DNA of 64,000 nt from Cyanobacteria bacterium P01_D01_bin.156 (GTDB lineage Bacteria > Cyanobacteriota > Cyanobacteriia > Phormidesmidales > Phormidesmidaceae). The notes under the pieces are model-generated. The model was given only the letters and a program-made list of their open reading frames with translations. It made no database searches and was not told the DNA's origin. A program made the position numbers and the translations under genes. Positions 9,969 to 19,620 of this stretch are shown one piece after another. The stretch covers positions 40,065 through 104,064 of the forward strand of contig JBCCQQ010000014.1 of NCBI GenBank assembly GCA_039024555.1, given 5' to 3'. The stretch's first letter is position 1. The number at the start of each line of letters is the position of its first letter.

Positions 9969-10205
9969 TTAATAAATTACTTCTTCAATAATGATCTCTT
10001 CTTCGACATACTCTTCCTCAATATATTCCTCTTCAACGTACTCGTCTTCAATGTAGACGTCTTCGATGTACTCTTCCTCGATGATTTCTTCTTCGATATA
10101 CTCTTCTTCAATGATGATTTCTTCTTCGAAGAATATCTCTTCAGCTATGGCTTGGGGAACGGCTAGCCCCAGGGTCATCAACAATGTCAGCATTACGTAT
10201 TTCAT
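9969..10205 (-). CDS. Small secreted hyper-acidic repeat protein (EEEYI-type repeats)
   Basis: Sec-type signal peptide ending A-I-A, upstream AGGA, downstream terminator; mature region consists only of E/D/I/V/Y/F. Confidence 0.75.
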   Translation of the reverse strand: MKYVMLTLLMTLGLAVPQAIAEEIFFEEEIIIEEEYIEEEIIEEEYIEDVYIEDEYVEEEYIEEEYVEEEIIIEEVIY

Positions 10206-10296
10206 AACCCTTTTCCTAAATGCTGCGCTTCTCTGAGATTCAGCGCATTACTTCACCATCAGAATGCCCTGAGTCATCTAGGCGATAACCTATGGT

Positions 10297-13200
10297 TTAT
10301 GATGCTAAACCTAAGCGTTGTGAGTTATTGGATTTAGATCGATGAATCAACAAATGTGCTGCAGGAATAAAGTACAGCGCCAATAGCGTTGCCCCCCCTA
10401 ATCCTCCGGCAATGGCAATTGCCAACGGCGGCCAAAATCCAGTGGAATCTAATAACAGCGGCGTAAAGCCAATAATTGTTGTTACCGTTGTTGCCACCAC
10501 ATGGCGCGTCGCCTTCATCACTACCTGCCGTGTGGCCGCCGCATCTCCCTTTCGTGCCAGCGGATCGTCCCGTAGTGCGGCCAACACAACAATCGAGTCA
10601 TTAATGGCTAAGCCAATTAAACCCAGGGTGCCAAGGATAGCCGTAAAGCCAAATAGCGAGTTAAACAACCACAGTGCCATGGCCGCTAGGCCCACAGCAG
10701 CCACCGCAACAACCGCCAGCAATCCAGCCAAGGCAAAGGAATAAAACGACAATACCAACGTTGCCGTCATCAACACCACCAAAACACCCACGGTCGACAA
10801 CAGATTACCCACCGCCGAACCCCGCGCATCGGCTTCGCCTCCATAGCTCAGGCGATAGCCCGTAGGCAGTTCAAAGCCTTGGTCTTCCAACGCGGTTTGA
10901 AACTCGGCTAAAACGTTGCTGGGCAAAGAGCCCGCTGTAATAAACGCCTGTACCGTATTTACTCGCTGCCCATCTTCTCGGGCAATGGTGTTGAGCTCCG
11001 GTTTTAGATTGACGGAGGCCACCGCAGAAAAGGGAACCGTAGTGCCGTGGGCGCTAAGCAAATCTACAGAGGCAATGCTGGCCAGGTCACCTCTTTCCTC
11101 TTTGGGTAGCTGTACCCGCACCGGAATATCTTCGGTGTCTTCGAGAATGGAGCCGCCAAGCTGACCGTCTAGGAGAGTGCTGAGTTGGGCTGCGATCGCA
11201 CCGTTACTCAACCCCGCTCGTCTAGCCGCTGCTTCATCCACATCTAGCGCCAATTTTGGCGACAGTTCTGTCAGCGTTGCCCTGGTGTGGGTCACACCAT
11301 TCAGCTGAGATAACATCAGCCGTAGGTCGTTGCCCAAGGTTCTCAGCTGCTCTAGATCCGGCCCATACAGACTCACTTCAATGGGCGCATCAAAGGGCGG
11401 TCCCTGTTCTAATTGTTTGACCAAAATTTGGGCATCGGGAAAGGCCGCATCCAGTTCGCTTTGTAATGTGCGAATGGTGCCCTGCAAGTCATCTGTGGAT
11501 TCTAGCTGAACAATACCCTGGGCATATTCAGCAGCATTACGACGACTGCCCACCACGTTATAGAAAAATGTTGGTGCGCTTTTGCCTAGGAACCAGTGGA
11601 TGTCCTTAACGGCTGGATGTTGCTGGATGCGATCGCGAATAGCCAAAGTTTGATCACGGGTAACCGATAGGGCACTCGATGCCGGTCGTTCCAATTCAAT
11701 CTGAAACTGGTCGCGATTGGTAGGCGGAAAAAACTGTTGTGGCAAACTGGCAAACTGAATAAAGCCCACCACAGGCAGCACCATAGCCACTAATATTCCT
11801 AAAATCGGACGACGAAAAACAGCCCTCAGACTTCCTTCATAAAGGCTAGAAAGCCATTGATTGGAACAGCCGCCAACAGCCCAATGTCTTGATTGTGCCA
11901 ACGGCTGCCAACGATACACCAGACCCGCCAACGCGGCTAACACCGTCAATGACAAGGTTAACGAACTCAGCAGAGCCAAAATCACCGTACTGCCAATGGT
12001 GCCAATAAATTCTCCCGTCCCACCGGGCGAAGTGGCAATGGGCACAAATGCCAACACGGTTGTTAAGGTTGACGCCAGTAGAGGTATGGTCAAGTGCTTA
12101 ACCGTCTGTGCCACCGCTTCCGCCGGACGACCGCCTTGTTGTAGGTGCACCCGCACCTCATCCACTACCACAATGGCATTATCAATCAACAGCCCCAGGG
12201 CAATAATTAACCCCGTTACCGACATCTGGTGTAAGGGAATGCCCAATGTCTTCATGCTGCCAAACACCATCAGGGTAGACAGGGGCAGCGCTATGCCAAC
12301 AATCAAAGCCGAACGCCAGCCCAACACAATCAAGGAAATGGCAATCACTAAAACAGAGCTCAGCAAGAGATTGCCAATGACTCCATTTAACCGAGCTTGT
12401 ACATATCGGCTTTGATCTAAGATCACGTTGAGGCCCAAGCCATCGGATAGGTTAGCTTCAAACGCTGCTAGCACCTTTCTTGCCTGAATGGCCCACTGGT
12501 CCACACGATAGTCAGACTGCACGGTAGCAGCCACCACAATGGCGGGTTTTCCAGCGACTAGGGCTAGGTCCGAAACGGGATATTGCACCCCCTTGGTTAC
12601 CTGGGCAATATCCCCTAATTGAGCAATCTGTCCCGCTGCTCCCACTTGAATGGGAATCGCTCGCACCCGATCTAACGAATCGAGCGCACTATCTATCTCG
12701 AATAAAAGTTCTGTATTGCCGCCCTGGAGTTCTCCGGTAGAGACTTTTGCATCGCTGGCCCCAATCTGCTGTGACAGCTGCTGCGCGCTAAGGCCGAGTC
12801 GTAGCAAATTCGCCTGGGCGACTTCCACCTGAATCTCTTCATTGGGTTCTCCAAATATTTCCACTCGGTCGGTGCCGGGGATATTTCGCAAGTTAGCTTC
12901 TAAGTCCTCGGCCACCCGTCGTAAAATGGCATAGTTAACAGATTCATTTAGATCCCAAGTCAGTCCCACAATAATGGCATTGGCCTTTACTTCAGAATCT
13001 TCGTACTCTGGACGACTGGCCTCAGCGGGTAGTTCAGGAATCACATCATCAATTTGACTCCGTACCTTGGCCCACACGGGCTCTACATTGGCCACTGTTT
13101 CCTTTATTTCTACGGTCACCACCGACAGCCCAGGACTAGAGGAGGAGCTAATTTCTTCAACCTCTTCAATATCGGATAGTTCTTCCTCTATTTTGTCGGT

Positions 13201-13383
13201 TACCAGGGATTCCACCCGTTCCGCACTTGCCCCTGGAAAAATCGTTGTTACCGTTGACACTCGCTGTACGATCTCAGGATCTTCTAATCGAGGCAATGAC
13301 AAAAAGGCAGAAAGCCCCCAGACAATCACCAACGTCAGGGTTAAAAACAACAGCTGTCGATTTCGAAAAAACAAATTAAACAT
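10297..13383 (-). CDS. RND efflux permease (AcrB/AcrD/AcrF family)
   Basis: 1028 aa with 'LPRLEDP', 'ALGLLIDNAIVVVD' and 'FWPPLAIAIAGGL'; two-repeat TM architecture. Confidence 0.95.
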   Translation of the reverse strand: MFNLFFRNRQLLFLTLTLVIVWGLSAFLSLPRLEDPEIVQRVSTVTTIFPGASAERVESLVTDKIEEELSDIEEVEEISSSSSPGLSVVTVEIKETVANVEPVWAKVRSQIDDVIPELPAEASRPEYEDSEVKANAIIVGLTWDLNESVNYAILRRVAEDLEANLRNIPGTDRVEIFGEPNEEIQVEVAQANLLRLGLSAQQLSQQIGASDAKVSTGELQGGNTELLFEIDSALDSLDRVRAIPIQVGAAGQIAQLGDIAQVTKGVQYPVSDLALVAGKPAIVVAATVQSDYRVDQWAIQARKVLAAFEANLSDGLGLNVILDQSRYVQARLNGVIGNLLLSSVLVIAISLIVLGWRSALIVGIALPLSTLMVFGSMKTLGIPLHQMSVTGLIIALGLLIDNAIVVVDEVRVHLQQGGRPAEAVAQTVKHLTIPLLASTLTTVLAFVPIATSPGGTGEFIGTIGSTVILALLSSLTLSLTVLAALAGLVYRWQPLAQSRHWAVGGCSNQWLSSLYEGSLRAVFRRPILGILVAMVLPVVGFIQFASLPQQFFPPTNRDQFQIELERPASSALSVTRDQTLAIRDRIQQHPAVKDIHWFLGKSAPTFFYNVVGSRRNAAEYAQGIVQLESTDDLQGTIRTLQSELDAAFPDAQILVKQLEQGPPFDAPIEVSLYGPDLEQLRTLGNDLRLMLSQLNGVTHTRATLTELSPKLALDVDEAAARRAGLSNGAIAAQLSTLLDGQLGGSILEDTEDIPVRVQLPKEERGDLASIASVDLLSAHGTTVPFSAVASVNLKPELNTIAREDGQRVNTVQAFITAGSLPSNVLAEFQTALEDQGFELPTGYRLSYGGEADARGSAVGNLLSTVGVLVVLMTATLVLSFYSFALAGLLAVVAVAAVGLAAMALWLFNSLFGFTAILGTLGLIGLAINDSIVVLAALRDDPLARKGDAAATRQVVMKATRHVVATTVTTIIGFTPLLLDSTGFWPPLAIAIAGGLGGATLLALYFIPAAHLLIHRSKSNNSQRLGLAS

Positions 13384-13479
13384 AACAGTTTGCTATTTTG
13401 CAGGGCTTGACCGGCTCCAGAACTCAAATCTGCTGCAGCGACCACTGTGTTTATGGCTAAACGCACAGTCATTTCCACA

Positions 13480-14772
13480 CTAGTTTTGGACAATCTGTCC
13501 AGGCACCAGACGATGGGTACCGCTCGTAATAATCTTTTCTCCTGGCTGTATAAGTCCTCTAACAAAAGCCTGATCGCTTTCGGTATAGAGCACCTCGACA
13601 TCTCGGCGAGCTACCTCATACAGATCCACAGTCGTTTGCTCGTCGGGAGTGGCCAATACATAGGCCGACCATAGCCCCCGCTCTCCTGCAACAAGGGCGC
13701 TGGTGGGTAGCCAATAGCCCGTTTCATTCTGTTGGTCTTTTAGGCGTAGTCGTGCCGTTGCCCCAATGGTGAGCTGGGCGTCAGGGGGTAGTGTCACCAC
13801 GACAGTAACGGTTTGACTAGCATCGTCTAGCTCCGGCAACAGTGCGGTCACCGGCCCGGTCCAGGTTTGTCCATTAACTTCAACAGCCTGAGAACTTCCC
13901 ATCCTGAGACGACTGGCCATTTGATTGGGAATGCCAATACGAGCTTCTAAAGCATTGTTTTCCACCAGACGCATAACCGTTTGCCCCGGACTCACCACCG
14001 CGCCTTCATCCACCAGCCTCAGTGCAACTCGACCATCAAAAGGAGCGACAATCACACTTTTAGCAATGGATACATCCAAATTTTTGAGGCTTGCTTCAAT
14101 TTGGTCCACTTGAGCATCCTGGGCACTCACCTGTTCAATGCGAGTACCGGCCTGCAGCTCATCTAACTGACTTTGGGCCTGTTGCAAGCGACTTTCAAGG
14201 GCAGAGGCACCAAATGCGGCTTCGTCTCGTTCTTCTAGAGAAATTGCCCCTTGAAGGTAGAGATCTTCCCGGCGCTCCTGCTGTAGACGGGCTAGCTGCA
14301 GCTGAGCCTGCAGATCCTGTACCGCCGCCCCAGCTGCAGCAATATCTTCCGGTCGCGGACCGCGTTGTAGTTCTTGAAAACGGGCCTGGGCCTGGCGACG
14401 CTGGGCCTGTAGCTGCTGTTTTTGGGCCTGTAAATTACGGGTATCTAAACGGGCCAGGGGAGTTCCCTGGGCAACGGTTTCGCCCTCATCTACGAGAACC
14501 TCGATGAGGGTACCCGCTTGCTCAAACCCGAGATCGCTACTGCGTCGGGCGACAATTTCCCCCGTGTAGGTACGTTCTACCTGATAGTCGCTCGCTCGTT
14601 CCAAAACTTGAGCTTGAACGGAGAGGGGAACAGCAGGATTTTCTGCCACAGCCATTCCTGAACGAAAACGACCTAGCCACAAGGCGGGCACGACCACAAC
14701 GGGCAATAGCCACAACCATTTCCAATTAATATTTCCGGCACCTGGGGAGGAGTTAGACGGTGATAGGACCAT
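13480..14772 (-). CDS. RND periplasmic adaptor (MFP/HlyD family)
   Basis: N-terminal TM, lipoyl-like 'VLVDEGETVAQG..LARLD', coiled coil, 'IVAPFDG'. Confidence 0.93.
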   Translation of the reverse strand: MVLSPSNSSPGAGNINWKWLWLLPVVVVPALWLGRFRSGMAVAENPAVPLSVQAQVLERASDYQVERTYTGEIVARRSSDLGFEQAGTLIEVLVDEGETVAQGTPLARLDTRNLQAQKQQLQAQRRQAQARFQELQRGPRPEDIAAAGAAVQDLQAQLQLARLQQERREDLYLQGAISLEERDEAAFGASALESRLQQAQSQLDELQAGTRIEQVSAQDAQVDQIEASLKNLDVSIAKSVIVAPFDGRVALRLVDEGAVVSPGQTVMRLVENNALEARIGIPNQMASRLRMGSSQAVEVNGQTWTGPVTALLPELDDASQTVTVVVTLPPDAQLTIGATARLRLKDQQNETGYWLPTSALVAGERGLWSAYVLATPDEQTTVDLYEVARRDVEVLYTESDQAFVRGLIQPGEKIITSGTHRLVPGQIVQN

Positions 14773-14778
14773 AGTTTA

Positions 14779-14861
14779 ATACCCAAATAGTTGATATCCA
14801 AACAGTTGATATTCAACTTGTTACCTATTAAGTCGTAGCGTATACTCAACATGTTGGATAT
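14779..14861. promoter_or_regulatory. Candidate PadR operator array between divergent adaptor and padR genes
   Basis: Three 15-bp tandem units (ATACCCAAATAGTTG / ATATCCAAACAGTTG / ATATTCAACTTGTTA) plus the dyad ATACTCA-ACATGT-TGGATAT at 14842-14861. Confidence 0.55.
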
Positions 14862-14889
14862 GTCAACGTTCGTTAAGTCGGCAAACTTT

Positions 14890-15441
14890 ATGGCCCTAGC
14901 CCACACCATCCTCGCGCTGCTGGCGCAGCAACCCAATAGCGGATACGACATTAGTAAGCGTTTTGATGAAGGTCTGAGCTGCTATTGGAAAGCGTCTCAA
15001 CAGCAGGTATATCGAGAGCTAGGGAAAATGGAGGCCCAGGGTTGGGTCGATTTTAAGAAGGTGCCTCAAGATGGCAAACCGGACAAAAAGATCTACAACA
15101 TTACCGATGCAGGCTGGGTGGAGCTCACGCGCTGGTATGCCGAACCGACGGAACGCACTCAAATTCGAGAAGACTTGCTGGTCAAGGTAATGATTGGCTA
15201 CAAGATGCCGAGGGAAATACTGCTCAAGGAATTGCACCATCGTCAGGCACTGCATCAGGCTCAGCTAGACGAGTATCACACTATGGAAACCGCCTGCCTC
15301 AAAAACCCTGAGCCTTCGGTAGAAATGCAGTTTAAGTACCTGACTCTCAAACGGGGAATTGCCTATGAGACTAGCTGGCTGCAGTGGTGTGCGGATGTAC
15401 TCGCTTTTCTGGACCAATACGATGCGGCGCGCGAGGATTAA
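14890..15441 (+). CDS. PadR/AphA-type transcriptional regulator
   Basis: 'SGYDISKRF....YWKASQQQVYREL..M...GW', 'KPDKKIYNIT..G', and C-terminal 'LTLKRGIAYE...L.WC'. Confidence 0.93.
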   Translation: MALAHTILALLAQQPNSGYDISKRFDEGLSCYWKASQQQVYRELGKMEAQGWVDFKKVPQDGKPDKKIYNITDAGWVELTRWYAEPTERTQIREDLLVKVMIGYKMPREILLKELHHRQALHQAQLDEYHTMETACLKNPEPSVEMQFKYLTLKRGIAYETSWLQWCADVLAFLDQYDAARED

Positions 15442-15536
15442 ATCATCCTTGATGTGCTCAAAGGTACCCCCAAGGGTGATGCGAAAGCCCTACTCACACT
15501 CCATACTCAAAGCAGTACTGTAGCACCACAGGTTCT

Positions 15537-16046
15537 ATGGATAAAACAACACTGCTGCAAGAAACTCTTAATTTTCGAGCTTACTGTGATGAAGACTGGC
15601 TCGCCGTCTGTAGTATCCACGATCGGGCGCGGCCCTACGAACTCAAAGGAAGCTGTAGTCCCCAGGCTTTTGTGCCCCTAGCAGAGGATGCTGAAGACCT
15701 CAACAACTTCCATCACTCTGAAAAATTTGTTGCTTATATCGGCAACAAAATAGTCGGATTTGTGGGTGTTGATGGCACGTTACTGTCCTGGCTGTATGTG
15801 TCTCCCGACTACTTTGGCTATGGCATCGGTCGCGAACTATTGGCCTTGGCCCTAGAACTGACGGGTCCCAGGGCCAGAACCATCGTGTTGGCGGGCAATG
15901 CCCGTGCCCGGCACTTATATGAAAAGGCAGGCTTCGAGAGCATTCATACCTTCGAAAGTACTAATGCCGGCTACCCGTGTAATTGTTTAGAACTCGCCCT
16001 CAGGCAAGAGAGCGTGAGCCAACAATCACAATCTCATGCCGCTTAG
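15537..16046 (+). CDS. GNAT N-acetyltransferase
   Basis: Motifs 'WLYVSPDYFGYGIGRELL' and 'NARARHLYEKAGF'. Confidence 0.9.
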   Translation: MDKTTLLQETLNFRAYCDEDWLAVCSIHDRARPYELKGSCSPQAFVPLAEDAEDLNNFHHSEKFVAYIGNKIVGFVGVDGTLLSWLYVSPDYFGYGIGRELLALALELTGPRARTIVLAGNARARHLYEKAGFESIHTFESTNAGYPCNCLELALRQESVSQQSQSHAA

Positions 16047-16168
16047 GAATCGCAAGTTTCAGACTTTGTTGTCCCGCTAATTACCCAACAAAGGATTGGA
16101 CAAAATACAGCGCAGTAAACAGCTAAAACGGCAATTAATTCAGCAGTGTTCAGAGCATTAGATGTCAT
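16043..16168 (-). CDS. Unannotated 41-aa single-TM small protein MTSNALNTAELIAVLAVYCAVFCPILCWVISGTTKSETCDS
   Basis: Translated by hand. GGAGG Shine-Dalgarno ~9 nt before the ATG; hydrophobic core; lies directly downstream of the riboswitch. Confidence 0.7.
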   Translation of the reverse strand: MTSNALNTAELIAVLAVYCAVFCPILCWVISGTTKSETCDS

Positions 16169-16198
16169 AAGATTCGCCTCCAAATAACGCATCGAAGA

Positions 16199-16272
16199 GG
16201 CGCGTTCCTTCGGGATAGGTTCCCTACTTCCGTCCTTTGAGCTGTGAAGTTCTTAAGTTCAAGGGATGAACG
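16199..16272 (-). ncRNA. Glutamine riboswitch (class I, glnA motif)
   Basis: Minus strand reads CGTTCATCCCTTGA...TCAAAGGACGGAAGTAGGGAACCTATCCCGAAGGAACGCGCC: P1 (CGTTC/GAACG), conserved CGGAAGTA and GAAG, and a P3 hairpin. TAAAAT -10-like box at 16292-16287. Confidence 0.85.
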
Positions 16273-16364
16273 GGCTCTATGGCTATATTTTAGACTAGCC
16301 TTTACCGAACAATCAGTACGGGTAGCCGAAACAGCAGCATTTTACACAGAAAACAACAATAGGA

Positions 16365-16787
16365 TTACTGGGTATCCGGGTTGATGGGCGCGATGTACTG
16401 CTGATTCGCTCGAACATAGCAGGTATAAGAAATCGCTACGCTGTCAGTCACCCGCTGACGTACATCCATTAGGCTGGCTCTGACTTTAAGCCATGGCCGA
16501 CCGTCCACAGTCTCAATGGCATCGCCTTGGTCAAAAACAGAATCTACAACCGCGCCATAGGCTAGGGTTACAACGACATCCCCGTTGGCATCCCGGCAGT
16601 TGAAACCGGCTTTATCTGCTTCAATAATCAGCCACTGCCAGTGGGGATAGGTCCCTCGGTTCCCCTGGACCCTGGCCGAGAGAAAATCACCATTCGCATT
16701 TGTACCGGGTACGTCCGCCATTTGAGCCTGTGCTGCAGATGAGCAAATACAGACTAAAACTAGCGACCCTAGAAACCTACGAATCAT
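16365..16787 (-). CDS. Secreted hypothetical protein, possibly SH3-like
   Basis: Signal peptide ending AQA; 'FNCR...PWL.V...CYVRAN..YIAPI' pattern. Confidence 0.6.
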   Translation of the reverse strand: MIRRFLGSLVLVCICSSAAQAQMADVPGTNANGDFLSARVQGNRGTYPHWQWLIIEADKAGFNCRDANGDVVVTLAYGAVVDSVFDQGDAIETVDGRPWLKVRASLMDVRQRVTDSVAISYTCYVRANQQYIAPINPDTQ

Positions 16788-16981
16788 CAGCAAAGAACTC
16801 CTAAACTTAGGTTGAGCAATGGCATAGTCCCCGATGCCACTATAGGTAAACAACCTCGCTCAGCACCATCCGAAAAATGTCTTAATTGGCTAGCCGCAAT
16901 AACAAAACATGCGCCCATAAACTATGGACGCATGTTAAGAACGTTTGGGGTTGTGGCTACTGCAGGGATTACCCCTATGGT

Positions 16982-18364
16982 CTACAGAGACTGTAGGAAG
17001 CGGACCAGAGCATCACGATCCTCAGCAGACATGGCTTCAAACGCAGCTTTGGAGCTTTCGGCTTCACCACCATGCCACAGGATAGCTTCTTCAAACGTGC
17101 GGGCACGACCATCGTGCAGATACCCAGAGTACGGCAGCACAGCTTGGGCTAGACCAACGCCCCACAGGGAGGGAGTGCGCCATTCTTTACCCGTTGCTTC
17201 ATAGTCAGCGCGATTATCCGCCAGGGCATCTCCCATATTATGGAGCAGCATATCCGTGTAAGGATGAATATCCTGGTTTTCGAGAGCCGGATATTTGTGA
17301 CTGCCCGTACGGAAGCTGGATACATGACAGGCCACGCAGCTAGCATCGGTAAAGAGTTGTTCACCCTGCTGTACCTGGGGATCGTCCATGAGGGTGCGGG
17401 CTGGGGCAGCCAATGTCTGAGCATAGGCCGCAGCTAGAACCAGCTTTTCTTGGTCAATTTCTGCAGAGCCATCTTCCCCTGGGAACATCGGGCTAGTAAT
17501 CCCCATATCGTTGACGTAGGCATCGGCACTCTGTTGCAAAAGATTAGGCGCATTCGCCTTCCAACCGAAGCGACCCAGAGCAACCTCCTGGGCCTGTTCG
17601 TCCCAGACGCGGTTAGGACGTCCAGAAATGCCATCACCGTCGACATCATCCGGATCGGCGAGGGCAAGAATGTCGTCCTCAGGAATAGCTTCTAGCAAGC
17701 CTAATCCGTAGACATGGGGAGGAATACGAGGAGAAACTTGAACAGTCTCTGGTAAGGGTTCACCGTTGGCCAGGGTGACATTGAACTGGGGAGAGCGCAA
17801 TCGGTAAGGCGTGCCATCAGCGTAGCTACCAGCCTGTTCTTTCCAAAGAATCTCAACCTTAGCTTCTGGAGTTTCGCCGACAATGCTAAAGTCTTGCACC
17901 TGGTTACCTAAACCTGCCACGGGAGGGGCATTCTTGAGAGCGTCGGCCTTATCAACCACCGCCGCCGCTTCTCCATCAGTCACCCGTAATAATAGCTGGC
18001 CGGGTTCTGGCATACCGCGACCGTTGCGAATATGGCAGCTAACACAGGACACGTTATTAAAGACCGGCCCTAGACCGGACCTTTCTGTGCCAGGGGTGGA
18101 CACAAACGCTTCTTCAAAGACCTCATCACCCAGATCATGATCTACGGTTTCCCACTCAACCAAGTTGGGTGGAGCCTCTTCATAGGCGCTAGATGTGCGG
18201 TTAAAAGTAGTTGCGTCCCCTGCAGAAGCTACTGGAGAGATCTGGGCATTAACGGCACTAGAAAGAACGATGCCTCCTAAAGCAGTCAGTAACGTTGTGA
18301 GTAGCACAACTAGAGCGAAGCGTAAGCGCTTGGAAAAAGCCCCTAAGGCTCGTCGAAATTGCAT
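16982..18364 (-). CDS. Di-heme oxidoreductase (DHOR) family protein
   Basis: Signal peptide; two CxxCH motifs (CVSCH, CVACH); 'GLGPVFN', 'GRFGWKA', 'EWRTPSLWG', 'YLHDGRART..EAILWHGGE'. Confidence 0.93.
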   Translation of the reverse strand: MQFRRALGAFSKRLRFALVVLLTTLLTALGGIVLSSAVNAQISPVASAGDATTFNRTSSAYEEAPPNLVEWETVDHDLGDEVFEEAFVSTPGTERSGLGPVFNNVSCVSCHIRNGRGMPEPGQLLLRVTDGEAAAVVDKADALKNAPPVAGLGNQVQDFSIVGETPEAKVEILWKEQAGSYADGTPYRLRSPQFNVTLANGEPLPETVQVSPRIPPHVYGLGLLEAIPEDDILALADPDDVDGDGISGRPNRVWDEQAQEVALGRFGWKANAPNLLQQSADAYVNDMGITSPMFPGEDGSAEIDQEKLVLAAAYAQTLAAPARTLMDDPQVQQGEQLFTDASCVACHVSSFRTGSHKYPALENQDIHPYTDMLLHNMGDALADNRADYEATGKEWRTPSLWGVGLAQAVLPYSGYLHDGRARTFEEAILWHGGEAESSKAAFEAMSAEDRDALVRFLQSL

Positions 18365-18499
18365 ATCAACTAGGTATTGGTAGATTACACATGTAGTCGG
18401 TCAAAAACCGCCGCGCCTAAAGCAGTATCAGGCTAAAGCAACACCTCTGTAGACATTGTTGCTGAGAGCAGCTGCTCAGGTGTCTAAAATTGTTGACGG

Positions 18500-19588
18500 C
18501 TAGTTTTGGACCAGTGGCAACACTTCGGTTTCCAATAGTTCAAAGGCTAACTCAAGGGATGCCTGGGCCTGGACCAGTGATGCTACATCGTTGGGATTAC
18601 CCATGGCCTGCTCAATATTGTCTAGGGCAGACACAAGAGAAGTTTGAATTTGATCATCAATGGTGGGATTTGCGATCGCAACCAGCTCACTCACCCCTGC
18701 TATGTCTTCACTAGGTTCACCAACAACGCCTAAATAGGCCGACTGAATTCCCTGTAAACTGCTGTTCAAAAGCTGTAAGGTAGTTGCATCAGGAGTCTCA
18801 GCCATCATCGCCGATGTTTCAACAATGTCAGGTAGCTCCTCACCTGCCACCACATCTAAGCTATTGATAATGGTTCGAACAATCTCTTCAGACCCCGCCT
18901 GCACCGACAAATAGGCAGCATTCCCTGGACTACCCGCCGTCGATAGCAGCGTACTATAAGCCGGGTAGCTATTCCACCCCGCCTGCCACACAGTCAAGAT
19001 ATCCGTAGTCACTTCCTGTGCCCTGACTGTCAGGGCTGTAAGATAGCGTCGCTCCTGCCTCGAAAAATCAGCAGCTGTTTTCTCACCCTCAGTAGACAAC
19101 ACATAGGCCATCGCCTCAAACCCCTGTAAAGACGGCAGCAATAATGCCACCTTAAAGTCCTCCGACTCAGCAACATCTGCTAACAGCAGATCGATCCCGG
19201 TCTCATCCACAGGAGATTCCAGGGCCGTACTATAGCCCAATGAATGCACTGGGCCAAAAGCAACAGCATTGCTACTAGCCCATTGAGACACGACATTGAG
19301 CCAAGCAGACCGTATCGCGGCCAAGTTCATCTCTGTCGGCTCACCTTCAAAGGACCGGGCTGCCTGCACTAGACTCTCCATGTGCAACCCCAATGCCTGA
19401 TATCCAGGAATAATCACTTCGCTAGAGAACTGCCGATTCAACTGTTCCATAGCATTTTCCATATCAGGCGTTGCCGCATGGCCAATCCCAGCCCAAAATA
19501 CGGAAGTAGATACTCCAAGCACGCCCAAAAAGTGTTTAGGCACAGACAACCATGGACGCTCTCTATTACAGAAAATTGTTGGCATCAT
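18500..19588 (-). CDS. Imelysin-like (IrpA-type) periplasmic protein
   Basis: 'VIIPGYQAL', 'P...NL.A.R.AW', 'AFGPV', 'QGFEAMAY'; adjacent to the DHOR gene as in known iron-regulated pairs. Start uncertain (19585-19597). Confidence 0.8.
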   Translation of the reverse strand: MMPTIFCNRERPWLSVPKHFLGVLGVSTSVFWAGIGHAATPDMENAMEQLNRQFSSEVIIPGYQALGLHMESLVQAARSFEGEPTEMNLAAIRSAWLNVVSQWASSNAVAFGPVHSLGYSTALESPVDETGIDLLLADVAESEDFKVALLLPSLQGFEAMAYVLSTEGEKTAADFSRQERRYLTALTVRAQEVTTDILTVWQAGWNSYPAYSTLLSTAGSPGNAAYLSVQAGSEEIVRTIINSLDVVAGEELPDIVETSAMMAETPDATTLQLLNSSLQGIQSAYLGVVGEPSEDIAGVSELVAIANPTIDDQIQTSLVSALDNIEQAMGNPNDVASLVQAQASLELAFELLETEVLPLVQN

Positions 19589-19620
19589 AATGCACACACC
19601 CTCACTAGTAACGACTCTTG

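Noticed and set aside
10412..13601. Antisense ORFs within the RND permease (and similar ones in gyrA, glgP, ppk1, TpsA)
   Set aside because: Shadow ORFs expected from the codon bias of the real genes.
16300..16325. LexA- or NtcA-like box upstream of the riboswitch promoter (GTACTGATTGTTC, minus strand)
   Set aside because: The spacing matches neither consensus.
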